The notes under the pieces are model-generated. The model saw only the letters and a program-made list of their open reading frames with translations. It searched no databases and was not told where the DNA came from. A stretch of 64,000 nucleotides of DNA from Selaginella moellendorffii (Eukaryota > Plantae > Lycopodiophyta): positions 257,172 to 321,171 of the forward strand of contig NW_003314349.1 in the NCBI RefSeq assembly GCF_000143415.4. Direction: 5' to 3'. Both the position numbers and the translations under genes were made by a program. Of the stretch, positions 13,477 through 27,394 are shown one piece after another. How positions within the stretch are numbered: position 1 is the stretch's first letter; every line of letters starts with the position of its first letter.

Positions 13477-14014
13477 CGTCTTACCAGTGAGCCTCTCCTA
13501 CTTTGCTTGTGATACGTTCGCTAGTAGGACATCGTTTGCAAACTTACCTTGTTCTTAACACTCCATCTCCTCTTCAGCCATCACAAATATCCTGTTTTAG
13601 TGCACGAAAATGTCTTCACAGATGCCCAGTGGATTTCTGTCCTATTTGTCCAGATCACTTTAGGAGAAACATGGTCAGTTACGATGCTGGGAGTTACATT
13701 GCTGACCTTGGAAGTCGACTTTGAAGCAAATCACTTCATTGTCTTATTGGTGAGCACTCTTTTGATACGATCACTATTTATAATTTATAATGAATTTTGT
13801 GGTAGCAGGATTTTACTACCTGTAGTATTTGTACTTCATTTTACTATTAATTACTATAAGTTAATATATTTGTATGCTTCAATTAGTTTTATTGTCTATA
13901 AATATGGTAAAGATGGTTTGTTTTGTCAAGCTTAATAAATTCTAAGGGACTTATCACCTAAGTGGGCTTGATTATGAAGTCTTAGTCTTTTGTTGACCTT
14001 AGAGATATTTGAAG

Positions 14015-15952
14015 GTATTATTCAAATTTAAGGATGTTATATCCCAAGATTTTTAACTAATTGGAAAAGGGGTGTATTCTTATTCATAGGCTTTTTTTTT
14101 ATACATTTGAACATTTATGGATTATCTCTCAAATCATTTACTTTAATTGTTTGCAACCATTATGCTTCCTTATGAACAAAAGTTGAGAGTCATAACTTTC
14201 TCTCGAGCCCCTGTAATGCACCCTATCTCTCTTCCCTTAGGCCAACTGAAAAAGAGGCAATTATTTAATGAGAAAGCTTTTAGTGGCTATTTTATCTCCA
14301 TTTATCCCCCAAGGTTCCAAGGATCCACGGTGACAGTATATCCAAATCTCATCCCATGATCATATGCGCTACACTCACCCCCCTTTTAGAGATGTCAATG
14401 TCTTCATTGATTATTGACTAGCAACCCCTACTGAGCCAAGGGGAACCAACACCTCTATTTCCACACTGAATCTACCAATCTTTCCATTGTGTAAATTAGC
14501 TATTCCATGTGAAGCAACTAGTCATCCACCCGTACCGCAGTCCCACGGACGAAGTGACAGTGTGAGGCAAATAGTCATCCACCCGTACCGTAGTCCCACA
14601 GACGAAATGATAGTATATCCAAATCTCATCCTATGATCACATGCACTACACTCACCCCCCTGGGACTGCGAAGTGACAGTATATTCAAATCTCATCCTAT
14701 GATCACATGCACTACACTCACCCCCCCTTTAGAGATGTCAATGTCCTCCCACGAACGAAGTGATAGTGTGAGGCAATTAGTCATCCACCCGTACCGCAGT
14801 CCCATGAACGAAGTGACAGTGTAAGGCAACTAGTCATCCACCCGTACCGCAATCTCACGGACGAAGTAACAGTATATCCAAATCTCATCCTATGATCACA
14901 TGCGCTACACTCACCCCCCTGGGACTGCGAAGTGATAGTATATTCAAATTTCATCCTATGATCACATGCATTACACTCACCCCCCCTTTAGAGATGTCAA
15001 TGTCCTCCCACGAATGAAGTGACAGTGTGAGGCAATTAGTCATCCACCCGTACTGCAGTCCCATGGACGAAGTGACAGTGTAAGGCAACTAGTCATCCAC
15101 CCGTACCCACGGACGAAGTGATAGTATATCCAAATCTCATCCTATGATCACATGCGCTACACTCACCCCCCTCTAATACTAACTGTACCGCATCCTATCT
15201 CTCTCCCCTTAAGCCAACTGGAAAAGGGGCAATTGTTTGATGAGAGAGCCCTTAGTGGCTATTTTATCCCCATTTATCCCCCAAGGTTCCAAGGATCACG
15301 GTGACAATATATTTAAATCTCATCTTATGATCACATGCGCTACAGCCCCACTTTCTTGACACTTTAATTCTCAGGTTAAACTCATAATGTGACAAGTCTA
15401 AATATCAATCTTAACATCAATTGAAAAAAAAAAGGTGCACTCTTATTTGTGGGCCCTTTCCCTTTATATTTGAACTTTTATGGATTCTCTTTTATGTCAT
15501 TCTTTTTGGTTGTTTATAATCTATGATACTTCCTTGTAAGCTTCCTCATTAATGGAAGTTAAAAGCTGTAACTCTCTTGAGAAGTCTACTCTCTTGACAC
15601 CTTATTTGCCCATCCAAAGGTAAATTGGACCAGACTTCTTTGTGGACTTCCTCATGAATGGAAGTCAAGAGTTGTAACTTTCTTAAAAGGTTTGCTCTCT
15701 TGACACTTTACCCCTTGGGTCGAGCCCACTTAGAGGCAAATTAAACCTACCAAATGTTAATTTTAACATGTAATATGATTCTCTTAGTTTCCTGAAAAAT
15801 CACCCAACCTAACACTATTCAAACTAGGATGTTTAACATAAATATTTTAAGACCCTTAATCAATTGAAAAAAAAAATGCAATGAACCATTTCCCTCTATA
15901 TTTAAATCATTATGAATCATCTCTAAAATTTTATTCTCTTTGGTTACTTACA
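14015..15952 (-). mobile_element. Degenerate tandem Cassandra-like LTR/internal fragments, host of a nested TRIM
   Basis: Partial LTR copies (tattcaaa...ggaaaagggg.tgcactctt...ttggtt.cttaca) at ~14015-14157, ~15400-15520 and ~15810-15952, separated by internal-region sequence. Confidence 0.6.
14212..15344 (-). mobile_element. TRIM (non-autonomous LTR element): LTRs 14212-14373 and 15184-15344, TSD GCCCC, internal tandem repeats
   Basis: ~161-bp direct repeats TGTA...TACA. GCCCC at 14207-14211 and 15345-15349. PPT (reverse complement of ctcacccccc) and a decayed PBS (ctctaatacta) give minus orientation. Confidence 0.88.
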
Positions 15953-16776
15953 GAAACAAGATGTTATAAAACATCTTTTGCAAACTTACCTTGTTTTTAA
16001 CAAAATGGTTGCCTAAAATGCACTCTAAGTTCCCTTTAACCATCACAAATATCCTACTTTAGTGCACCATGTGAGGAAAATGTCTTCACAAGTGCTTAGT
16101 GGATTATGTCTTATTTTTCCAGTTCACTTTAGAAGAAATATACTCAAGGAAACAACATGTTTTGTCAAGCTTGACAAATTTGAAGGGACCCACCACCTAC
16201 ACATCCAATGCACTTGTAAACACCAATCAACATCCACATCGAGATCAGTGGGATCAAAAACAAGGTTGTCCATTGAGTAGGCTTTCCACTGCTGCCAGTT
16301 GGAGATATCCTGATGCACTTGGTGCATATAATTGGCCTCACAGTGTCGTGCGCCAACTTGCCTCTAACGTGATCATTGACACCGGCCTGTTATAGTTATC
16401 AGTCAGAACTATAGGACCTGCTGGAGTCATTCTTGATTATGAAGCCCTTGTCTTTTGTTGACCCTTAGAGATATTTGAGGTGGGAAGAACTTCATGGGGA
16501 GTTACCTTTGGGAAAGACAAGATATGTCTAGGGAGTGGTCCTTGGAATGCCAAATTTCCTGAGAAGATGACACTTGAGAGTTTCAAGAATTTCGAGACTT
16601 CTGGACAGACTTTGAATGGGAACAACACAAGAAAGAAATTAAACAATAATTTACACTATTAATCTCCTACGAGTCTAAGATCTTACCGTGTTACAGTAGC
16701 TGAAAGTCCAAGTCCAACCTGGAGAGCTATAAATCTTACCCAAGTTTTCATGAGAAAGGAGAACAGATATATTATT

Positions 16777-19215
16777 ATGGATGTCGCATGGAAGGATTTG
16801 AGTGTGAGCGCGAGAAATGGACGAGTGTTGCTGGAGACTATGTGTGGCTATGCCCAGAGCGGCCAAATCACGGCGATCATGGGTCCTTCGGGATCCGGAA
16901 AGTCCACCTTGCTCGATGCGCTTGCTGGTATAGTTTTCCAAGATTGATTTGGGTTGGGCAATAGATTAAAGCTCGAGATTCTTGCATTGTCGTTCATCAC
17001 AGGTAGATTGGCCAAGAACGCGAGGCGAGAAGGATCCATTTTTGTGAATGGGAATCTCCAGACGAACATGAGGCATGGGACTGCGGTGTGTATATAAACA
17101 TTTGATTCTGTGATTCTCAAACTTTCTGTCATAGGCCTATGTGAAACAAGAAGATGTTTTGCTAGGAACACTCACTGTCTTAGAGACAATCACTTACTCT
17201 GCTCAATTGAGGCTGCCTCACTCACTGCCGCAAAGCCAAAAGATGGAGATGGTTGAGAGTGTGATCACTGAGATGGGGCTTGGAGATTGCAGGCATACAG
17301 TGGTGGGAGGTTGGTTCTCGCATGGATTGAGCGGAGGGGAGAAACGAAGAGTGAGCATTGCTTTGGAGATTCTAACTCAGCCATCTCTTTTGTTCATGGA
17401 CGAACCAACCAGTGGTTTAGACAGGTGAATATTTATATGATTTTTAAGTCCGGTTTATTGTAATTTTTATTTGATGTTTTCTTTGCAGTGCATCTGCGTT
17501 TTATGTGATTAAAACAATTAAGAACCTAGCTACTTCAAAACGCACTGTTATTATGTCAATTCACCAGCCAAGCAGCGAAGTGTTTGAGCAGTTTGATAAT
17601 CTTTGCCTACTATCTCAGGGAGCACTTGTATATTTTGGAGATGCCATGGAAGCTAGCACGGTACTTTTCTCAAATTTGATATTCTTTATGTTTTATATTT
17701 TATTTTAGTTCTTCGAGAGTGCTGGATTTCCTTGTCCTCTCCGAAGAAATCCATCAGACCACTATCTTAGAGTTATTAATTCTGATTTTGACAATGTTCA
17801 AAACAAGTTTAAGGTATTAATTTGTACTATTTTCTGGAGATTTTTTTCTTAATATTCATCTCAATTTGAACAGGAAGATATTGAAACTCAAGAAAAAGTT
17901 CCAGCTTCTGAAGCAATCAAAGTGCTTACAAATGCATTTCAGAATTTGCATTTGAGATCCCTCCACACAAAAGTTGACATTCTTTGTGTGACTAAGGTGA
18001 ACCTTCTAGACAGTTTGTGTGACACACCTGGTGCAAAGGTAAATGACTTGATTTTTTAAAACATTATGATTATTAATGGATTACTATTTATAGAATGAAT
18101 GCATCCAGATGCCTCAAGCAGGAGTTCTCCATCAGCTTTCCACGTTAACTAGAAGATCATTTCTAAATATGACAAGAGATATTGGATACTATTGGCTGAG
18201 AATCTTTGTGTACTTTATGCTTAGCATCGTTATTGGCAGTATATATTTTAATGTTGGCACTAAATACAACTCCATTGCAGTAAGAGAATACCAAAAAATA
18301 TTCCTAACCATGGTTAAGCTCGTTTGTTTTTTTTAAGGCAAGGATTGGCTGTATGGCTTTTATTGGTAAATTTCTTACGTTTATGTCAATTGGAGGTTTT
18401 CCATCTTTCATTGAAGAGATTAAGGTATGGGATAGTTCTGAATTGTCTTGTTTTCATATCCAGTGATATTTTCTTCAGGTTTTTAATCATGAGAAACAAA
18501 ATGGTTACTATGGTCCCATTGTGTTTACTCTCGCAAACACACTCTCTTCCATTCCTTATCTCCTTCTTATTTCATTGATATCAACAAGTGTATTTTATAA
18601 TATGGTTAAACTCCACCCAGGCTTTGATCACTTCATATTTTTTATGTTGAACTTATTTGCATCTGTGACCGTCGTGGAGAGCTTGATGATGTGTGTAGCA
18701 TCAATTGTTCCCAATTTTCTCATGGGAATAATTACAGGATCTGGAATCTTGGTAAATCTCTTTATATTTCTTAAACCGTTTCTAATGCGATTTTTCAGGG
18801 GTTATTCATGCTTGTTGACGGATTTTTTAAACTTGCTAATGAACTGCCAAAAGGTTTTTGGAAATATCCAATGCATTATATAGCATTTCAAACATATTTA
18901 CTTCAGGTAAAACAAATATTATTTATTTTCTTGAAATTAAAAAAACTATAATAGGGTCTTTATGAAAATGATTTTCAAGGGCTTGAGTTTGATAATAATG
19001 ATATATCTGAAGGAAAGCTATCAGGAACAACAATTCTTAAACAGTATCAAGTAGATCTCTCAAGATCTAAATGGTTGAACTTTATAATCCTGTTAAGCAT
19101 GATTTTGGTTTATCGAGCAATTTTTATTACTATCATCAAACTCACTCAGCTCATAGATGGGAAAACTCTGATGTTTAAAATTAATAGTAAGACCTTTAAG
19201 AAAATAAATGCTTAA
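16777..19215 (+). CDS. ABCG half-size transporter (WBC type, ABCG11/12/15-like), 11 exons
   Basis: Walker [10 protein letters not shown], signature [12 protein letters not shown], Walker [44 protein letters not shown] and [17 protein letters not shown] introns, no lesion noticed. Confidence 0.92.
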
Positions 19216-19559
19216 AATTAAAAGTATGGCTTCATGAGCTTGTCATTCACGTTTCACTTGTCATATTTATAAATGATCTTCTGGCATCTAGTAAGTGTCA
19301 CGCAAATTGTCTTCAACCTTCATGTAACTTTTGTGTGGAGCAGAATTCAAATGCAAACTGAGAACTGAAACACAATATGCTTTTGTAAGAAATGCATTTG
19401 TAAGCGCTTTGATTGCTTCGTAATTATCTTTTGAGTTAGCCAAATGCCTTAGTCATGTAATTAGTGACACCCATGAATGGGATTCCCACTGATGCTCTGC
19501 ACAGAAAATAATCAAATAAATCAGACATAATAATTACTTCTCTAAATAACTAAAAGATG

Positions 19560-19910
19560 ATTGCGTTTGGGTTTCCAAAGCAATGCTCAGTCTTCATTTC
19601 TTCCCTCCACTCAATCCATGCGAGAACCACTGTCTCCAAGCCCCATCTCACTGTCAACCATCTCCTCTTTTGGCTGCGTGGTAGGCTGCCTCAAATAAGC
19701 AGAGTAAGTGATTGTCTCCAGAACAGTGAGCTTTTCCAGCAAAACATGCTCTTGATTTACATAAGCATCTGATAGAAAGCTTCAGAATCACTAAATCAAA
19801 TGTTTATACACACCGCAGTTTCATGCCTCATGTTTGTCTGGAAATTCCCATTGGATCCTTCTCGCCTACCTATGATGAACGACAATGCAAGAATCTTAGT
19901 CTCAAACACA
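19560..19910 (-). pseudogene. Inverted degenerate ABCG exon 2-3 fragment
   Basis: Same fragment as 1635-1980, between the ABCG 3' end and the UGT start. Confidence 0.8.
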
Positions 19911-20074
19911 TGATCAATCTTTAGAAAACTCTATCAGAATGCACGTCGAGCAAGGTTTGACTTTCCCGAGCCTGGCTGGACCCTGATCTGAAGATTTAAA
20001 AGTCGACAAAACTAGCAAGAGGCCAATTCTTTTCAAACTTTCTAAAGGTTTGTCCCATCCAGTCTTGCCGTGCT

Positions 20075-21582
20075 ATGGCTTCTCAAGGTACGTCGTCTCC
20101 AAAGATCCATGTCCTCGCATTTCCCGTCAAAGGCCAGGGACACATCACTCCGATGATGCATCTCTGTAAAAAGATCGCCGCTCGAGATGGATTCACCGTC
20201 TCGTTCGTCAATGTCGACAGCCTCCACGACGAGATGATCAAGCACTGGAGAGCTCCACCCAATACGGACCTCCGCCTCGTCTCAATCCCACTCTCCTGGA
20301 AGATCCCACACGGCCTGGATGCTCACACTCTCACTCACTTGGGTGAGTTCTTCAAGACCACCACCGAGATGATCCCAGCTCTCGAGCACCTCGTCTCCAA
20401 ACTCTCTCTCGAGATCTCGCCGGTCCGCTGCATCATCTCGGACTACTTCTTCTTCTGGACCCAGGACGTTGCTGATAAGTTCGGGATTCCAAGGATTGTT
20501 CTGTGGCCTGGATCCACTGCCTGGACCACGATTGAGTATCACATACCCGAGCTCATCGCCGGAGGCCATGTCTTTCCCAGCTTGACCGAAGGTAACTCCA
20601 ATTTAAGTTTAAGTTCTGCCAATGGCAGTCACGTACGCCTCGAAACTTTGCAGCGAAGAAGCTTGTCGCGGATGAATCTGTAGTGGGCATTATCAAGGGA
20701 CTGGGACCTCTTCATCAAGCCGACGTACCTCTCTACTTGCAAGCTGACGATCATCTCTGGGCGGAGTACTCCGTGCAGCGAGTCCCCTACATCCGCAAGG
20801 CCTCCTGCGTGCTCGTCAACTCCTTTTACGATCTGGAGCCGGAAGCTTCCGACTTCATGGCCGCCGAGCTCCGGAAAGGTGGCACGGAGTTTCTCTCTGT
20901 CGGTCCCATGTTTCTCCTGGACGAGCAGACGTCCGAGATCGGACCAACCAACGTGGTGCTCAGGAACGAGGACGGCGAGTGCCTGCGGTGGCTCGACAAG
21001 CAGGAAAAGGCTTCCGTTCTCTACATATCTTTTGGCAGCATCGCGGTCGTGACTGTCGAACAGTTTGAGGAGCTTGCGGTGGGACTGGAAGCAATCGGAA
21101 AGCCTTTCTTGTGGGTGTTACGGCCAGAACTTCTCATTGGAAATCCGGTAGAGAAGTATAAGGAATTCTGCGAACGTACCTCCAAGCAGGGATTTACTGT
21201 GTCCTGGGCACCGCAGCTACGAGTTCTGAAACACCCCTCCATCGCTGCGCACCTCAGTCACTGCGGCTGGAACTCGGTGCTGGAAAGTATCAGCAATGGA
21301 GTGCCTCTCATGTGTTGGCCTTGGGGAGCTGAGCAAAACACCAACGCAAAGCTGGTTATACACGACTGGAAGATTGGAGCTGGATTTGCAAGAGGGGCGA
21401 ATGGACTGATCGGCAGAGGCGACATCGAAAAGACGCTGCGGGAGGTGATGGATGGGGAAAGAGGGAAGCAGATGAAAGACACGGTTGAGGTGCTGAAGTG
21501 CAAGGCAAGGAAAGCTGTGGAGAGTGGTGGTCGATCCGCTGCGAGCTTGGATGATTTTCTTAAAGGCCTCAGCAGCCAGTGA
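20075..21582 (+). CDS. UDP-glycosyltransferase (GT family 1), 2 exons (20075-20591, 20654-21582)
   Basis: Close paralog of 2137-3629. PSPG box WAPQ...HCGWNSVLES...CWPWGAEQ, 62-bp intron. Confidence 0.95.
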
Positions 21583-21946
21583 TGCAATGATAAGTTATCA
21601 CTGCAAGTGCTAGCGTGAGATGGCAAACATGTGAAAAACTTACATGCCGCGAATTTGTCAAGCTTGACAAAACATGAAGCGAATAAAATATTCGTCTACC
21701 TTGCAACGCCTTTGTTGACTGGAAAAAACAGGACCGAAATCCACCGTTGAATAGCACTGATCTCTTTCTCATCACATGTAAATGCCGTGATCGATCGCGC
21801 CGTGTTTGATCAGCCACGACAGAGCAGGATTCTTAGTGAAGGCTGAAAAGGAGCAGCAGGAATAGTGCCACAGCATTAAGGATAGGCTCCCATCGTAGCA
21901 GGCTTCTCCTTGCTTCTCATTACACTGCCTCTTCCTTGTTCTCTAT

Positions 21947-22535
21947 AGAAAACTTCCTCATCAAGCACGTCGCCCTAGGGTGAGTAATCTCTTCTGCATA
22001 TCCTGGAATTCTGTTTCAGGGAACACGCATGCCGAGGACAGCTACGTCGGAGAGAAGACCACCCGGATGGTGAAACTGGCCACGAGTTATGTCAAGGAGT
22101 CCCTTGGAGGAACCAAGGACGATGCTCTCTTCTTCTGCGACTCTGGAACCACTGCAGCTGTGAAAAAGCTCCACGAACTTTTGGGCTTGTCGGTGCCACC
22201 CCAAATGAGAGACTCATCCGTGGCATCGATGACAGGTGTTCATAACCGCCTGTGTCCCCCGTGTCGAGCAAACCTCCGCCGAGCTGTGTGTCTGCTCGTG
22301 AGGGGTTTCGGTGGTGTGTGCCGTTTGTAACAAACATCATCTTCCCCAAGGCAAAGTCTTGCCGACAATCTGTCAACTGTTTAAACTACAGGTTATTCTG
22401 ACCGATGATGGATTGATCGACATGAAGCACCTCGCTGCACGCACGCCGTCCAAAGCTAACGGGGGATACCAGCCATCGCTCGCCTTCTACACAAACATGG
22501 AGCAGTATAGCATGCTTTGATTTGGCAAGCTGGTA
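21947..22535 (+). pseudogene. Internal fragment of the class-V aminotransferase gene (opposite orientation to full copies)
   Basis: IENFLIKHV...GNTHAEDSYVGEKTTRMVKLATSYVKES..., frameshifted downstream. Confidence 0.85.
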
Positions 22536-22759
22536 AGACGAGATCAGAACGAAAAGTGATTGTTTAGAATTTTTGGGTAGCTGTTACAATGACCATCATA
22601 GAATATCTTTTGTCTTTAATATTTGATACATGCTCAGGAAAAAAATGAATATGAATTGGAGCCCCTAGGTATCTTGCCTTTTAGTCCGTTTTATACATTA
22701 GTAAACATGTGTATACACAAATTTAGTTTTTTTATAAGATCGATTTTATATATGTACAC

Positions 22760-25700
22760 AAATTTAGTTTTTTTATAAGATTGATTTTTGATACACCAAA
22801 TCCCTTATTTGAGATTGATTTGCAATTTCAGACTTCTTAAACGACTAGTTTCCTTGTCTATAAAGATTGTATTTTTGTCTGACTTCACCATATTTACCAT
22901 TTCATATTGTTTTATGAGATTTTGGTACGCAATAATAGTTTTTTTAAGTCATCAAAATTTATATGAGCTCTCTTTATCACATATTCACGATAAATTTTAA
23001 TGTATAAATGTAGGTGCATTTTGTCTGATACTAAGTCTTTACAATGTTTATAACATTTAATTAAGTTGTATATTCCTTGATTGTTTCAGATTTTCCTTGA
23101 TAAAGTTTTTGTAGTTCATCATAATTTTCTCCTGGGTTTGTTTCCATGAAAAAATCTTTAAGGAAAATTTTTGTTTGTTTATCAAATGTGCCAAGCTTTT
23201 TGACATCATTATTATAATACTAATCTTTGGCTTGCCTTTTTAGTGTATAGGGGAAAAGAATTTTTTCTGTATATCTACTTGATTAAGCTTAATTGCTTCT
23301 ATGTATTTCTCAATATACAGTTGTGGGTCTTTTCCTTTAATCTTAGAAAAGGATGGATATGTGATGATGGTATTTATTGCTATTCCTGCAATTGCCATCA
23401 TGTTCATTGCAATTTGATATAAAATGCTCTATTTTGCAACTAATATAGACAAAATAGGTATTTGGTTCCTAGATCATCGTTAGAGGGTTTATAAATTTAA
23501 CTTTTCTGCCTTTTATAGGGTATTACTTTAATTGTTTTATGTTCCACTATTCTCAGTTGAACTAGAGGCATTTTCTATGTGCCAATGCTGCTAAAGAGAA
23601 TAGCATATGGATTTACGTATTTTGGATGATTATCAAAGTCGTATTGGGATTTTTAATCTCCTTTTCATTGAGGTGTACTTAATATGCTTTCAGCTCACTC
23701 TCTTTCAAATTTTTCTCTAGTTTGGTTAAGCAATGATTTAGTTTGTTATGAAGGGAGGTCAAGATTGCAAATATCATGAGCAAGTACTCTATAATCTCGT
23801 TTTAGATCTTGTGAATATTTCTTTTCAGACTACCTTTTACTATTCAGATTGTGAGGGAAATATTGTATATCTATTACCTTATTTGGTATAGACAGTGATA
23901 ATTTTATATATAGGGACTATTCCTTTTAAAGCTTTATAGGTAAGATCAATTGTTAGTTTATGCTTATATATTTCCAGGTTTGTTGGCATTGTTACTATGG
24001 CAAGCCTAGTTATTATGCCTCGTTCGTGGAGTGAGTGGTACAAAGTTTTAGTATGAATTGATTCCCTTTGTAAATTAGCCTATTAATCATTCTTATGAGC
24101 AAACACTTAACTTCTCAGTCAATTTTGAAATGGGGATGGCTTTCCTTTAGAGGCCAAATGTCTAGGACATTGCTTATACGAAAGTTCTAGGAATTTCTCG
24201 AGCAAAAAATATTATTTTTCATAGCATATTTGTCTTACTTAAGTGTGGTCCACTTTAAAAGATTTTAACTCCACAAAATTTTGTTGCCTATCAATCTAAA
24301 TTTAGAATTGATCTAACATCTATTAGCCCAATTATCAGTAAGTGTATTTCTACCTATGGGTATCTAAGCTTTATTGTGGACCATTAAAGTTCCTATAATA
24401 GTGTCTTTACCTAAGATTGCATAGAATTCTAGTAATTGTCTAGTAGGTAAATTTTTAAAATCATTTGCAAGTTATAATACTCAAGATTTGCATCTAGCTC
24501 GGATAGACAAACTATCTCTCTATCTAGGAAGAATCCTAGTACTATTTTATTTTTGTATAGGTAACTCCTAGATATAAGTCTTGATTACACTATGTACCTA
24601 CAAAGTAATCTAAGTGTATTATCACACCTTTTTTGACAATAATAAAGGTACCAAGAGTCAGACTTCTATATGCCTTGAGCAGAATACTGTCAAGTATTTC
24701 AGTCGGTAATTCATCGAGCTATTTAAGTAATTTTGTTAAATCTATCATTTGTTGGCATAGTTAAGTATACAAAATAGTTTAGTTTTTGCTTTTTTATACT
24801 TTTGCCTAGTCACACAGAGTGGAGATCAGCCAGCTTCCATCTAATTCTATAAGAAAAATGTATCTTTTGATAGGTGTGGTGAATTGCTGGTAAACATTCT
24901 TATTTTGTCTACCCTAATTCCCCCATTCAACTTAGTAGAGGGTCGTCAATCCTTAATCTCTCCACCTATGTGTGCAGGAAGTCCTCCCTTTTTTTCCTGT
25001 GTTTAGTGTAGTTAAGATTAATTTAGTGCAAAGTCTCTATACCCAATTCTAGAGTAGTTTGCCTACTTTGGCTTATAACTAACCTTGCCCTTATAACTAT
25101 AGAATTAAAAAGAGTATTCAATTGTTCTTGGCAAATCTTGAGCAAACCTCTTTTAAATGGTTCAACACTAGGGACTAATTTGAATGGGGCATGGAGATCA
25201 ATCTGTGAAATTTCATTATATAATCAATACAAAAGTTAAATTATTTAGCACATGATAGTTGTTCTAGATCAATTTGCTTGTGGAATGACTTTAGATAGCT
25301 TTTCAAACATGTGATAACTAATTTGTGGAAGATTTTGCTTTAGATGTAGACAAAAATTGTTTTTTAAGGTAAGTTTTTCTCTAGCTTATTCACCAACAGT
25401 CAATTATGGTCAATACAAATCTTTGTTCAAGCTTGTATGATAAATTTTTAGCTTTGCAATGTATTTCAAAATTTCTGGAAGTGTCTAAGGTTATTTCACC
25501 TTTTTAGACAAAACCCTTATCTAATATCTTTAAGCTTATTTTAGCTCTTTAAAGATCAAAGTGTGTCTCCAAGATTGATACATTTGCCTAACAACAAGTT
25601 CTATAGCTCTCTATTCCATGTTTATAGCATGAAGCCTCTCAACTGCTTTGTCTAGCAAAAACTCAATTAACACATAAGGTGATTTATATATTCCAAACAT

Positions 25701-27394
25701 AGGCAAGATTGAGTTACAACTCTTATTGTAATAGTTGTATAATTTTGCCTATATGCAAAATATTGACTATCTGAGAATTATCTTTTGTAAGGAGGTTTAC
25801 GTTTCACAAAGGGTGGTTCACACCTTGCAAAAGGTGTTTCATGCCTAAAGTGATGAGTATTTCCCTTAACAATTTAGTGTTGCTTAACTAGTTTGAAAAA
25901 TGAATTTTCATGTCTATTCACTTGTATAAGGAGAAATCAAAGGCAATCACGTGAAATATGCCCTATATCCCCTGAAATGAGGTCTAGACAAAGAGTAAAT
26001 AGGGCTAGATGTTATGTGAATGCTCTCAGAATCTATAGGAGAGTGATAACTTTCACACTAAACAGTGTTTGCAAGCTCTCTTTATATAATAGATAAGCTT
26101 TGATTAATTCGTTTAAGTGTACTAGACATAAAGTGGTTTGAATGGTTATAGTGGTTCATGATAACTATTTCCAAATTTTCAATTTTATGAGTCTTGTTTG
26201 AATTTTATAAGCTCTTATAATATGCATAGAAGACTTAAACTCGGGACAAGTCTATTCTAAAACTGTATATGAGTAGTAGTTAATGTTAAAGGACCTTGGA
26301 TCAAAGTCTTGAGACAACACAATGTTTTAATTATGATTTTTCTTTTATTAAAGCCTCATAAGATTTGGATGAATAGTTCCTCAATTTATTCTTCACTAAG
26401 ACTGGCTTTAACTCTCTTTAAACTGGAGTCAAAAACAAAAGTTATAAGTGCCCAATTTTCCTACTTATGTATGCCTAGAAAAATTGTGACACGCTACTAA
26501 AAAAAGTGTGTTTTAAAAACCCAAGTGAGAATTTACTCAGAAGGAAAGAATTCTAGAGTAGTTGATTGTGTCTTCCATATCAAACAAACTCCATTCCTTT
26601 TTTTTTTGGATTTTTCTCAAGAAATTGTCAGTAAAACAATTTAAACTTGAGTTTTTTAGTAATATATGTTGTACTTCAATTTTAAACTCGTCCTATGCTC
26701 TATGGCTTTAGTGATAGTTGAAAAACTATATTTCTTATGTTGCCTAGGCACTAAGCCACTGCAATCACTAAAAGACATTTTTCGTTCATTGTTGTCTAGG
26801 CTTAAGGGCTTTAGAATTATTGAAATGATCTACTTGTGAATCCTAATGTTTGACATGTTTGAAATTCATAAGGAATTTTCTCTCAATTGTTTTTCAAGCT
26901 AAAGAGTGATGGCTTATCCTACCATAGTTGTTAAAAGTGAGTAAGGCTTTTTCTACCTGTACTCATGTTCTTGCCCATACCTGCAAAATAGTGATAAAAA
27001 ACATAGATGAGAATGTAAAAGAAAAAGAGAGAAGAAGATAGAAAATAATAAAATTTAGCCTCAAACCCCAAAGGTGTGAGTAATAATAAGTATATGTCAT
27101 TTTTTAACTTTACTTTGTACAAACAATCATAAATGGGAGAAAAAATGGTTAATTCAATGCAAATGCATACAATAGTGAGCGAGGGTTGTTTTTTAGCACG
27201 TCTAAGTGTTATTTATATACTACATGATTTTATAACTGTTTTTAACTATTTCATGATTGTCTATGACAAGCATTGCTTAAGTCAAGTTTTCTTTTTTGGA
27301 TACTTAAGCTTAGGCATAATCTCATTTCATCTAAACTTCCTTCTTCTGCTTTGCTTGGGAAGATATACAAAATAAAACATTTACCTCTTCATCA
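22760..27394 (-). mobile_element. Gypsy 5' half: 5' LTR 26938-27394 plus highly decayed gag/protease region
   Basis: TG...CA LTR homologous to 53633-54091 and followed by AACAT. The interior is AT-rich and stop-ridden, with faint gag-, knuckle- and protease-like remnants. The left boundary is approximate. Confidence 0.55.

Noticed and set aside
14510-15175. CRISPR-like repeat/spacer array
   Set aside because: The intervening sequences are themselves repeated, the array lies inside a TRIM, the context is eukaryotic, and there are no cas genes.
16750-16776. Upstream ATG extending ABCG (MRKENRYII)
   Set aside because: The equivalent ATG in the paralog (50838) runs into a stop, so the start was placed at the conserved MDVAW.
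24665-24720. F-box-like peptide LDELPTEILDSILLK (minus strand), and a possible LINE remnant at 23300-25600
   Set aside because: Short, stop-flanked and inside a decayed region contiguous with a Gypsy LTR. Support is insufficient.
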